From Verrucomicrobiales bacterium (lineage in GTDB: Bacteria; Verrucomicrobiota; Verrucomicrobiia; Verrucomicrobiales; V1-33): a DNA stretch of 64,000 nt. The notes below the pieces were generated by a model. That model worked only from the letters and a program-made list of their open reading frames with translations. It was not told where the DNA came from and did not search any database. The stretch's first letter is position 1; each line of letters starts with the position of its first letter. Positions 8,888 to 17,382 of the stretch are shown one piece after another. The stretch spans positions 11,044 to 75,043 of the forward strand of contig JAGNEJ010000010.1 of assembly GCA_018003315.1 (NCBI GenBank), written 5' to 3'. A program made the position numbers and the translations under genes.

Positions 8888-8924
8888 ATCCGTCAGATCT
8901 GTCGGATCATCTCTTCCACCACCC

Positions 8925-9551
8925 ATGCCAACCACCCTCGTTGCTGTCTCCGGCATGTCGCCCGCCATCCTCACCGAAGCCCTCTGGGCCCTCGCCGATG
9001 AGGAAACCGCTACCGTGCCGGACGAGGTCGCCTTCGTCACCACCGTCACCGGTGCTGCTAGGCTGGAGGAGCAACTCTTCACCCCGCGCCCGGAATGGGG
9101 CAGCCTCACGGTTTATGAAAACCTGCGCGCCTCCCTCGGCTCCGCGGACCACCAACTCATCGGCGCCGGCACTCCCCAAATATTCTCCATCAACGACGGC
9201 AGCGCCGACCGCGCCCCCCACCGAAGCCTCACCGGGCATTGGGATGCTTCCAACCTCACCGCCTACCCCACTCCAGCCCTCACGTTCTGGTTCACCACGC
9301 GTTTCCTTGCCGTCATCCCGGTTATTCTGATCGGCCTCATCCTCGTCGCCTCCGCCACCAAACAGTGCCGAATTCAAGTTGGCATCGAAGGCCTCGACAA
9401 TACCATGCGCGACCACCTCCGCCAAGGCACCCTCGGTTTGCACGGGAAATCATCGCTCCCCCCGCTGAACGCCAAACCCTCATCGCGAAACTTTCGCCCG
9501 CCCAGCGCTAACCGAACGCCCGCGTCACGTTTCCTGATGGAATTCGCTTGA
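8925..9551 (+). CDS. Stand-alone CARF-domain protein (NE0113-like); possible ring nuclease, regulator or decayed remnant
   Basis: Starts MPTTLVAVSGMSPAILTEALWAL, matching the Cad1 N-terminal CARF motif. A hydrophobic strand follows, then ASATKQC where the other three CARF proteins have GGxKxMS. About 208 aa with no effector domain. Confidence 0.5.
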   Translation: MPTTLVAVSGMSPAILTEALWALADEETATVPDEVAFVTTVTGAARLEEQLFTPRPEWGSLTVYENLRASLGSADHQLIGAGTPQIFSINDGSADRAPHRSLTGHWDASNLTAYPTPALTFWFTTRFLAVIPVILIGLILVASATKQCRIQVGIEGLDNTMRDHLRQGTLGLHGKSSLPPLNAKPSSRNFRPPSANRTPASRFLMEFA

Positions 9552-9594
9552 GCCGCCTCATCGCAGGGCTACACTTCGCCGCGTTTGTGCGAAT

Positions 9595-9667
<73 letters not shown>

Positions 9668-9750
9668 TGTTCACCCCGCAGCATTCCGGGCATCGCGCGG
9701 AGTCCGTCACTCGGTGCGGGAAGTTGGGACGTGATTTTCGATGAACGGTT

Positions 9751-9792
9751 GGTTCCGCGGCGGTTGACAAATTGCGGAACCCCTCTCATTTA
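9751..9792 (+). promoter_or_regulatory. Candidate promoter with flanking inverted repeat upstream of the aminotransferase gene
   Basis: TTGACA at 9764-9769, a 17-nt spacer, then CATTTA at 9787-9792. An 8-bp inverted repeat, GGTTCCGC (9751-9758) and GCGGAACC (9774-9781), brackets the -35 box. Confidence 0.25.
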
Positions 9793-9836
9793 CCCGCTCC
9801 CCGGATTCATTTTTTCATTTTCACTTCTGCCATCAC

Positions 9837-11006
9837 ATGGACCCAGTATCTGCCACCGTCGCCAATCTTGCCCCCTCCATCACCCTCGCGGTTACCAACC
9901 AGGCTGCGAAGATGAAAAAGGAAGGGGTGGATGTGTGCGGCTTCGGCGCAGGCGAACCGGACTACGACACGCCGCAGCACATAAAGGAAGCCGCGGTGCA
10001 GGCACTGGCCGAAGGAAAAACCAAATACACCGCCAGTGCCGGGCTGCTGGAACTGCGCGAGGCCATCTGTGAAAAACTCATCGCCGACAACAATCTGGAG
10101 TATTCACCGGATCTTGTCAGCGTGAACTGCGGTGCCAAGCACTCCTGTTACAATGCGATTCTGGCCACCTGCGGACCGGGCGATGAGGTCATCATTCCTG
10201 CTCCCTACTGGACCAGTTATCCCGAGATGGTGCGCCTGGCCGGGGCAGAACCCGTCATCATCCAGACCAAGCAGGAAAACGGGTGGAAGCTGACGCCGGA
10301 ACAATTCGAAGAGGCGATGAGCCCTTCGACAAAAATGATCATTCTGAATTCCCCCTCGAATCCAACCGGAGTGGTGTACACCAGGGAGGAACTCGCCGCG
10401 CTGGGAGAGGTGGCGGCGAGCGAGGACATCCTCATTCTTTCCGACGAAATTTACGAAAAACTCATCTACGACGGTGCGACCCATGCCAGCATTGCCAGCA
10501 TCAGCGATGAATTGAAACAGCTCACCATCGTCATCAACGGCTTTTCGAAAGCCTACAGCATGACCGGATGGCGCATCGGCTACACCGCCACTGCCAACCG
10601 CAAGATTGCGGCAGCCATCGACACGATCCAGAGTCACACCACGTCAGCGCCCGCCACCTTTGCGCAATGGGGCGCCCTGGCTGCGCTGCACGGCGACCAG
10701 CAGGTTGTTGAAGACATGCGGGAGGATTTCAACATTCGCCGCCAATACATGCTCAAGCGCATCGGGGAAATTGCCAACGTGTCCACCGTCGAGCCCAAAG
10801 GTGCTTTTTACTTTCTGGTCAACATCGCCAAAACCGGGCTCAAGAGCACGAATTTTTCCGAAAAACTGCTCAGCCGGCACCATGTGGCGGTTGTTCCCGG
10901 CATTGCATTCGGCGCGGATGACACCGTCCGGTTCAGCTATGCCTGCGGGATGGATGTCATCAAACGCGGGCTCGACCGTTTTGCGGAATTCTGCCAGGGT
11001 TGGTGA
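9837..11006 (+). CDS. Class I pyridoxal-phosphate-dependent (aspartate-type) aminotransferase
   Basis: Motifs GAGEPDYDTPQHIKEAA, IIPAPYWTSYPEM, NSPSNPTG and the PLP-lysine region NGFSKAYSMTGWRIGY. Confidence 0.85.
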   Translation: MDPVSATVANLAPSITLAVTNQAAKMKKEGVDVCGFGAGEPDYDTPQHIKEAAVQALAEGKTKYTASAGLLELREAICEKLIADNNLEYSPDLVSVNCGAKHSCYNAILATCGPGDEVIIPAPYWTSYPEMVRLAGAEPVIIQTKQENGWKLTPEQFEEAMSPSTKMIILNSPSNPTGVVYTREELAALGEVAASEDILILSDEIYEKLIYDGATHASIASISDELKQLTIVINGFSKAYSMTGWRIGYTATANRKIAAAIDTIQSHTTSAPATFAQWGALAALHGDQQVVEDMREDFNIRRQYMLKRIGEIANVSTVEPKGAFYFLVNIAKTGLKSTNFSEKLLSRHHVAVVPGIAFGADDTVRFSYACGMDVIKRGLDRFAEFCQGW

Positions 11007-11139
11007 GTCCGCTCAGTGAGTTGGGATGGCGGCACGACCCGCTGAGATGCGCACGCCACGAAAAGCTGGGCGGTTCAGGCTTGGCAAATGCGGGTGATGT
11101 CTGTTTATTGCAGCGCCAAGGCTGCTTTGAAACCGCACC

Positions 11140-12060
11140 ATGCCCATTACCCATTTCACCGTCTTCGGCGAACGCTGCTCCGGCACCAACCATGCAGTGA
11201 CGTGGCTGGAAAAAAACACCGGATTGCGCCACCGCTCGGACTTGGCCTGGAAGCATGGCATGATTCCCACGGACCGGCTGCGCAAGGATCGGAACACTCT
11301 CTGCGTGGTGGTGGCGCGCAATCTCCCGGACTGGCTGCGCAGCCTGCACATCAAGCCGCATCACCTCTCACCGAAGATGCGTGGACTGACCTTGCATGAA
11401 TTTGCCACCCGCAGGGTGGAATCCATGCTGGACCACACCATGGGCGTGTCGCCGCACGACCGTCGCTTCGGTGAGCCGTTGCCAGGCGAACAGCACCAGG
11501 GCAAACCGTATGCCAACGTCATCCGCATGCGCCGGCACAAATACCGCCAATGGTTGAAGGACATGGGACGCCTGCACCATGCGGTGCTGCTGCGGCATGA
11601 AGATTTGGTCTGGCATCCGGAAGCGGCCTATGCCTCCCTGCAACAGGTTTGTCCACTGCCAGAGCGCACAGCCTTCGAACGCGTGGACACCTACAAGGGT
11701 GCCACGCTTGCAGTGACCTACAAACCGAAGGTCTACGCGCCGCTGTCCGCGGAAACGGTGCGCCATGTGCTTGAGCAAATGGACCCAGCGGTGGAAACCC
11801 AGCTCGGCTACGATTCCGCGACGGATGTGCAGGCTGCCGCCATGTCCGCCACCACCCCGGACACCGCGTTGCTTCGCACCACTCTGGATGGCCATCCGGC
11901 TGCACTGGCTGCACTGGAGGCCATGGAAACGAAACTGCGGGAACAGCAATCCCTGCTCCTCCATGCCGATGCACAGCGCGAGAGCCTGCGGCGTTATCTC
12001 CATACCCTGACCCATGCCATCACAAGCACGCGCCGGCGCTTCGCCTTTTGGCGCTGGTGA
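11140..12060 (+). CDS. Putative sulfotransferase-fold protein
   Basis: The N-terminal FGERCSGTN resembles the 5'-PSB loop and VVARNLPDWLRSL resembles the 3'-PB motif. The C-terminal part is a coiled-coil-like tail. Weak call. Confidence 0.35.
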   Translation: MPITHFTVFGERCSGTNHAVTWLEKNTGLRHRSDLAWKHGMIPTDRLRKDRNTLCVVVARNLPDWLRSLHIKPHHLSPKMRGLTLHEFATRRVESMLDHTMGVSPHDRRFGEPLPGEQHQGKPYANVIRMRRHKYRQWLKDMGRLHHAVLLRHEDLVWHPEAAYASLQQVCPLPERTAFERVDTYKGATLAVTYKPKVYAPLSAETVRHVLEQMDPAVETQLGYDSATDVQAAAMSATTPDTALLRTTLDGHPAALAALEAMETKLREQQSLLLHADAQRESLRRYLHTLTHAITSTRRRFAFWRW

Positions 12061-12139
12061 TGCTCCGCTGCTGTGCAAACGTGAGGGCCATTCCCTGCCG
12101 CCTGGGCTGGACCTGCTGGCGGGATGACTCCACCCGATC

Positions 12140-13240
12140 ATGAACATTCTGCTCACCAACGAATCGCTGGCCGTCCGCCCGGCAACCGAGCCATTCGTAC
12201 GGGATCTGGCGCGCCACCTGCAGGAACGCGGCCACCTGGTCTTTGTTGCCAGCAGTGACCCCGGGCATCGCGAGCGCCTGCTGGAGCGGGATTTGATCGC
12301 GGTAGCCGGAGACCTGGAAAACCTACCCATCCGCCCCGACATCATCCACGCCCTGCATCCGCTGGATGCGATGACTGCACTCACCGCGCTGCCTGGCGTT
12401 CCGGCCGTCTATCATGACCGCGGGAGTTTCTGGCAGAATCTGCCGCCACGCCATCCCAGGCTGCTGCACCATTTGCTGCCGTCGCGCGGACTGCTCGAAC
12501 AACTCAGAGCCCCGCTCGAGCAGGCGGGTGCAACCTGCAGCCATTTTCCCATCTCCGTTGCCACCGACCGCTTCACTCTGGTTCGCGAGCCTCCCGGCGC
12601 GCTGCGGCGGGCACTTTTTATCAACCATCATCTGCTGCCAGACGGCGACACGTTGCAGGCATTCGCCGCCGTCGCCAGATCGTTGGATCTCTCTTTGGAC
12701 ATCGCCGGGATCGAATTCGGCTGTGGCAGGGAGGAAGCCGAACGCATCCTGCCCGCTTATGACCTTGTCTTTGCCGCCGGTCAGAATGCTGCAGATGCCC
12801 TGGCCTGCGGCTGCGCGGTGGTCGTCACGGGAGCAAACGGTTTCGGCGGCATGGTTACGGGGGAAAATCTGGAGCTGTGGCATGACCAGGGCTTCCATCC
12901 GGCACACGGCAGCACCCCGCCCATTCCATTTGCGGAACTCCGCAGCGTGTTGCGGGCCTATCAATGCGGGAATCACATTGCCCTTGCCCAGCGACTCCGC
13001 CGTGCAGCCACCTTCACTGCGGCCGTGGATCGCCTGGAGGCGTTGTATGCCGAAATCATCCAGCGGCACGCGACCGCACCTCCCTGCCACTCCGATGAGG
13101 AAATGCGCGCCATTTCATGCTATCTGCGCGGGATTGCTCCCAAAATCATGTTCGCGAACTTTTCGCACACCGGCCTGATGCAGCCCAGAATCTCGTGGGT
13201 TCCTAGCACAGTCGGCCCTGGCATTTTTCCCCAAAAATGA
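12140..13240 (+). CDS. Glycosyltransferase (GT-B, GT4-like), paralog 1
   Basis: N-terminus is MNILLTNESL...EPFVRDLARHLQERGHLVFV. Paralogous to 13237..14289 and 33699..34925. Confidence 0.55.
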   Translation: MNILLTNESLAVRPATEPFVRDLARHLQERGHLVFVASSDPGHRERLLERDLIAVAGDLENLPIRPDIIHALHPLDAMTALTALPGVPAVYHDRGSFWQNLPPRHPRLLHHLLPSRGLLEQLRAPLEQAGATCSHFPISVATDRFTLVREPPGALRRALFINHHLLPDGDTLQAFAAVARSLDLSLDIAGIEFGCGREEAERILPAYDLVFAAGQNAADALACGCAVVVTGANGFGGMVTGENLELWHDQGFHPAHGSTPPIPFAELRSVLRAYQCGNHIALAQRLRRAATFTAAVDRLEALYAEIIQRHATAPPCHSDEEMRAISCYLRGIAPKIMFANFSHTGLMQPRISWVPSTVGPGIFPQK

Positions 13241-14289
13241 AGATCCTCATCACCAACAGCCTGCTTCAGGGCCTTGGGGGCGCGCAGATCTTCGTGCGGG
13301 ACCTCGGACGGGCGCTGGAGCGCATGGGGCACGAGGTCATGGCCTTCAGCAGCTATCCGGGCCGGGCGGACAAACTCGAAGCCCTGGGCATGATCCGCAC
13401 CACCGATGACCCCACCGCCTGCGGGTTTCAGCCGGACATCATCCATGCCCAGCATCACCTGGATGCCATGGCGGCGATCCTCGCCCTTCCGGGCGTTCCC
13501 GCGCTTTACCACTGCCATGGTGCGGTGTGGCGCGAATGCGTTCCCAAACACCCGCGGATCCTCCATTATCTGGCCATGTCGCGCACGCTGCGGGAGCGCA
13601 TCGTCATCGAATCCGGCATCCCTCCGGAAAACATCTCGCTCTGGCTCAACACCGCCGATCTTTCCCGGTTTTCCACAGTGAGAACACCGCCGGAGCGCCC
13701 CAGCCGCGCACTGTTATACAACAAGATTCACCGTCCGGACAGCCCGACCGTTCTGGCCATCCGCGAGGCTGCGGACGCGATGGGCCTGCAGTTCGACTGC
13801 ATCGGCCAAAAGTTTGGAAATGAAATCCCCCACCCTGAAACCGTCCTGCCGCAATACGATATCGTCTTCGCCTCGGGCAAGTCCGCAGTGGACGCTCTGG
13901 CCTGCGGGTGTGCACTCATTGTGCTCGGGCGCACCGGATGCGGGCGCATGGTTTTGCCTGAAAACTTCGATCATTTTCGCAGCGTGAATTTCTCCATCCC
14001 GGTGAACTCGCCCGCTCCCGACGCCCGCAAAATCCAGGCGGAACTCGCGAATTATTCCGCCAGTGCCTGCGCTCAAGTTTCGGCCCGCCTGCGCAGCGAG
14101 GCCGACCACCAGCGCAGCGTGGAATTGCTGACGGCGCTCTATCAACGGATCATTGAACAATTCCGTCATGCCCGGCAGGATCCCGCCGCGGAAGCGTCCG
14201 CTGCGCTCGCCTATCTGCGCAAAATCGTCCCGCTGGTCAGGGGGACCGAACTCGCCCCGGCGGACCAGATCCTCGCCACCACACGCTGA
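13237..14289 (+). CDS. Glycosyltransferase (GT-B, GT4-like), paralog 2
   Basis: The ATG overlaps the upstream stop (ATGA at 13237-13240). N-terminus is MKILITNSLLQGLGGAQIFVRDLGRALERMGHEVMAF. Shares PDIIHAQHHLDAM and SAVDALACGCA blocks with its paralogs. Confidence 0.55.
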   Translation: MKILITNSLLQGLGGAQIFVRDLGRALERMGHEVMAFSSYPGRADKLEALGMIRTTDDPTACGFQPDIIHAQHHLDAMAAILALPGVPALYHCHGAVWRECVPKHPRILHYLAMSRTLRERIVIESGIPPENISLWLNTADLSRFSTVRTPPERPSRALLYNKIHRPDSPTVLAIREAADAMGLQFDCIGQKFGNEIPHPETVLPQYDIVFASGKSAVDALACGCALIVLGRTGCGRMVLPENFDHFRSVNFSIPVNSPAPDARKIQAELANYSASACAQVSARLRSEADHQRSVELLTALYQRIIEQFRHARQDPAAEASAALAYLRKIVPLVRGTELAPADQILATTR

Positions 14290-14291
14290 CC

Positions 14292-15740
14292 ATGACTGAG
14301 AGCACCCGCGCATCCGCCTCCGCCAGCACGCCGGAAGATCTGCTGGGGAACTTGCATCGCCGCATGGGGGCGCTCCACCGGCAGAAGGATCTGGGGTCGC
14401 GGGCGCTCGGTGTTCCCGGCTGGGATGTCCAGTTATGGCAGCATGGCAGGGAACTGCTGCAGACGGGCGGCCAGCCGGAGTTGGAAACCGCCCGGTCCGA
14501 GACCGATCTCTACCTGGCCACGGAAATTTATGCCAATGGCGGCCACACGGCGCTCATTGGCGACTTTGTTCGCGCTCTCTCCGCTGGGGGCGCTTCCAAC
14601 CCGCATCTGCTGGTGACAAACATCCACCAGCACACGAAAAAAAACCTGCCGGAGAAGGTACGGGTGCGCACTGGCATTCCGGCGGAGAACATCCTCATCC
14701 TGGATGGGCCTTCCTTGTCTGAGCGACTGACCGAACTCGTGCGGCACATGCGCACGCTGCGTCCGCGCCGCACCTTTTTTTTCCACCATCCTGACGACCC
14801 CCTGCCCTGCGCCGCCGCACAGCCCGAATGGACCGGGCAGCGCGTGCTCGTCCACCATGCGGACAGTGCCCCCTGCTTTGGGCTGCATCTCCCCGGCACG
14901 CAGGTGATCGAACTGAACCCCTTCGCCCAGGCTATGAGTTCCGTGCTGGGAGTGCCTTCGCGCCTGCTGCCGCTGTGCAGTCCGGATCCCGGATTGCGCC
15001 CCCACGGGTTTCTGCATGACGGGGTCATGGTCACCGCCAGCAGCGGCAGCGCCCACAAGTTCGTCCGCCCCTACCTGTATTCCTATGCAGATACCGTACG
15101 CGTAATCCTGCAGGCCACGGGCGGGAGACATGTGCACATCGGTCCGCTTGATGCCGCGGCACTGGGAACGCTGCACCAAACGCTCATCGCAGCGGGCATC
15201 GAGCCCGCCCGTTTTGTCCATGTGCCCTGGACGGAATCCGTCGCCAACTGCCTCTGGGAGCACCATTGCGACGTGTATCTCTCCTCTTTTCCCATTGATG
15301 GCGCCCGCACCTATGTGGAGGTGATTGCCTCCGGCACCCCCTACCTGCGCCACATGCGGCGAGGCGTTGCGAGCATCGACGAACCCTATCCAGTCTGGCG
15401 CACATGGGAGGAACTCAGCGCCCTGCTCCACGAATGCCGCGACCGGACTCGCCTCCAAACAATGGCGGATAAACTGCGCGCCATCTACGAATCCACCCAC
15501 ACACCGCAGGCATTTGCCCGCAGGCTCGCCGACATCCTCGCCGCGGATTTCTCCGCCGCGGATGCATGTTCGCCCGAACACGAAAAGCATGTGCTGCACT
15601 CTTTCGTGCGCACCCTGACCCAGGCCGTGGCACAGCAAGCGGAGCGCATTGAGCAACTGGAATCCGCAGCATTGGACGCGGCCAGCACCTCACCGCGCAC
15701 ACTGCTGAGCCGGCTGCGCGTCTGGTTCTCCGGCAGATAG
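14292..15740 (+). CDS. Hypothetical protein in the glycan-modification cluster
   Basis: 482-aa ORF starting 3 nt after the upstream stop. No motif recognised. Coding-like composition, co-oriented with the GT genes. Confidence 0.4.
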   Translation: MTESTRASASASTPEDLLGNLHRRMGALHRQKDLGSRALGVPGWDVQLWQHGRELLQTGGQPELETARSETDLYLATEIYANGGHTALIGDFVRALSAGGASNPHLLVTNIHQHTKKNLPEKVRVRTGIPAENILILDGPSLSERLTELVRHMRTLRPRRTFFFHHPDDPLPCAAAQPEWTGQRVLVHHADSAPCFGLHLPGTQVIELNPFAQAMSSVLGVPSRLLPLCSPDPGLRPHGFLHDGVMVTASSGSAHKFVRPYLYSYADTVRVILQATGGRHVHIGPLDAAALGTLHQTLIAAGIEPARFVHVPWTESVANCLWEHHCDVYLSSFPIDGARTYVEVIASGTPYLRHMRRGVASIDEPYPVWRTWEELSALLHECRDRTRLQTMADKLRAIYESTHTPQAFARRLADILAADFSAADACSPEHEKHVLHSFVRTLTQAVAQQAERIEQLESAALDAASTSPRTLLSRLRVWFSGR

Positions 15741-17180
15741 GCGGGCACGCCGTTGCAGGGCCACCGTCACGACCCGGCGCAATTCGTGCGACTGTTCGAG
15801 CAGAGTCAGGAGGATCACGTCTCCGGATTTGATCTGATCATCAAGCGCCCGCACCACATCCGCGTTGTCCCATGCATGACACACGTCCACGTTCCTGGCC
15901 GCAAGGTCTTCCCCCAGGGTTTCGATGCAGAACGGAGCGTCCTTCCAGCGCGTTGGCCGCTGAGGGTTGTGTTCCTGTGCACGGGTGAGGATCACCCTGT
16001 CGAATGCCGCCAGCGCGTCTGGCAGGTTTCTCTGGTAAAGCCAGTCGCGTCCGCCGGTCGCCCGCGGCTGGATCACGGACACCAGACGCCGACCGGGATA
16101 TTTCTGCCGCAACGCACTGGACAGTTCTTCCAGGGAACGCGGATGCGACGCCTTGTCGTTGACAAGCGTCACGTCTCCCATGGCCGTCTCATCCTGGCGG
16201 TTCCACACCCCGGCAAATTTTGCCAGGGCGACGGCGGAGCAGGAGAGCGTCACCCCGAGGCGCTCCGCAGCCAGCACTGCCATCGCCGCATTCATCACAT
16301 TCATCCGGCCAAACATCGGCAGTTCGAAACGCTGGCCGCGCAGCATGAAGGCCGATCCCTTCTCGTCGCCCTCGAATCGTTCGATGCGCACAGCGGCATC
16401 GGATTCAAAGCCAACGGCCAGGGATTCCGCCGCGCAATGCTGCGGGAGTGCCGCTGCGGCCGGGTCCCCGTGCGGGTAAATCAAACAGCCATGAGCGGGC
16501 AGCAGTTCCACAAATTGCCGGAACACCGCGCACAGTGCAGCCATCCCATCGTAGAGGTCGGGATGGTCCTCGACGATGTTTGTGATGATTCCGATTTCCG
16601 GACGGTAATGCAGAAACTTGGGCCGGGGATCATCGAAGCAGGATGCATACTCGTCACCTTCGATGACGGCGAATGCACTGCCATGAAACCTGGCCGATTC
16701 ACCAAGGTTCCGCGTCCGTCCGCCGATCAGAAAGTCTGGAGCCATGCCGCTTTCCTCAAGAATCCATGCAAGCATGGACGTGGTCGTGGTCTTTCCCACG
16801 CCACCAGCCACCACGGCGTTGCGTGAACGGCGGAGAAAGTGCTGCTGAAGAAACCGGGGAAAGGAGGTGTGCGGAAGCCCCGCTGACAGAACGTGCTGGA
16901 GTTCAGGATTGCACTCTGCGACACGTTTGCCCACCACCACCAGTTCCGCATCGCAGGGCACATTGCCGGGTGCATACGGTGCGCGCGGTGCCATGCCGGC
17001 TTCGCGCAGGTAGTCCAGCATGGGTGCATAACAATTCTCGTCCGAACCGGTCACCACCCATCCCGCACGCGCCAGGGCTGCTGCGATGGGTGCCATGGCC
17101 TTGCCGCACACGCCGAGAAAATGCACGCGAAGCTGCCGGGGCAATCCGTTGCCAGTGGGTGATGGGTTGGTTGCTGACAT
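15690..17180 (-). CDS. mpl: UDP-N-acetylmuramate:L-alanyl-gamma-D-glutamyl-meso-diaminopimelate ligase
   Basis: N-terminus is HFLGVCGKAMAPIAAALARAGWVVTGSDENCYAPMLDYL, with the Mur-ligase P-loop VAGGVGKTTTTSMLAWIL. Confidence 0.8.
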   Translation of the reverse strand: MSATNPSPTGNGLPRQLRVHFLGVCGKAMAPIAAALARAGWVVTGSDENCYAPMLDYLREAGMAPRAPYAPGNVPCDAELVVVGKRVAECNPELQHVLSAGLPHTSFPRFLQQHFLRRSRNAVVAGGVGKTTTTSMLAWILEESGMAPDFLIGGRTRNLGESARFHGSAFAVIEGDEYASCFDDPRPKFLHYRPEIGIITNIVEDHPDLYDGMAALCAVFRQFVELLPAHGCLIYPHGDPAAAALPQHCAAESLAVGFESDAAVRIERFEGDEKGSAFMLRGQRFELPMFGRMNVMNAAMAVLAAERLGVTLSCSAVALAKFAGVWNRQDETAMGDVTLVNDKASHPRSLEELSSALRQKYPGRRLVSVIQPRATGGRDWLYQRNLPDALAAFDRVILTRAQEHNPQRPTRWKDAPFCIETLGEDLAARNVDVCHAWDNADVVRALDDQIKSGDVILLTLLEQSHELRRVVTVALQRRARLSAGEPDAQPAQQCAR

Positions 17181-17382
17181 GGGGAAAGTCGCCGCGAAAC
17201 GGTCCTGGGGATGGCGAGATTAGTGCGTCCCGCGAAAATGGCTACGCAATTTTCACCTCCGGAGCGGTGCGCCATTGCTCCCGCGGCATCGCTTCGCCGG
17301 AGGACGACACCGGGCGGTTCCCTACGCAATTTCGACCATCACCCACGCTTGAGCTTGAACCAGGAAGGCATCATGCTCTCCG

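Noticed and set aside
8053-9330. 425-aa plus-strand ORF, extremely Arg/Pro-rich
   Set aside because: It is out of frame with the well-supported Card1/Can2-like gene and the CARF-only gene. Its composition (RRRR and PRRP runs) is an alternative-frame artefact of GC-rich coding DNA.
9270-9360. Transmembrane helix in the CARF-only protein (FLAVIPVILIGLILVAS), suggesting a CARF-TM (Cam1-like) effector
   Set aside because: The hydrophobic stretch leads directly into ASATKQC. That aligns with the beta-strand plus GGxKxMS CARF signature of the three neighbouring proteins. It is more likely a buried CARF core strand than a membrane helix. This is not excluded without structure prediction.
14433-16826. 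Long antisense ORFs 14433..15656 (minus) and 15753..16826 (plus)
   Set aside because: They lie opposite the 14292..15740 ORF and mpl respectively. mpl has clear Mur-ligase motifs, and these translations have none.
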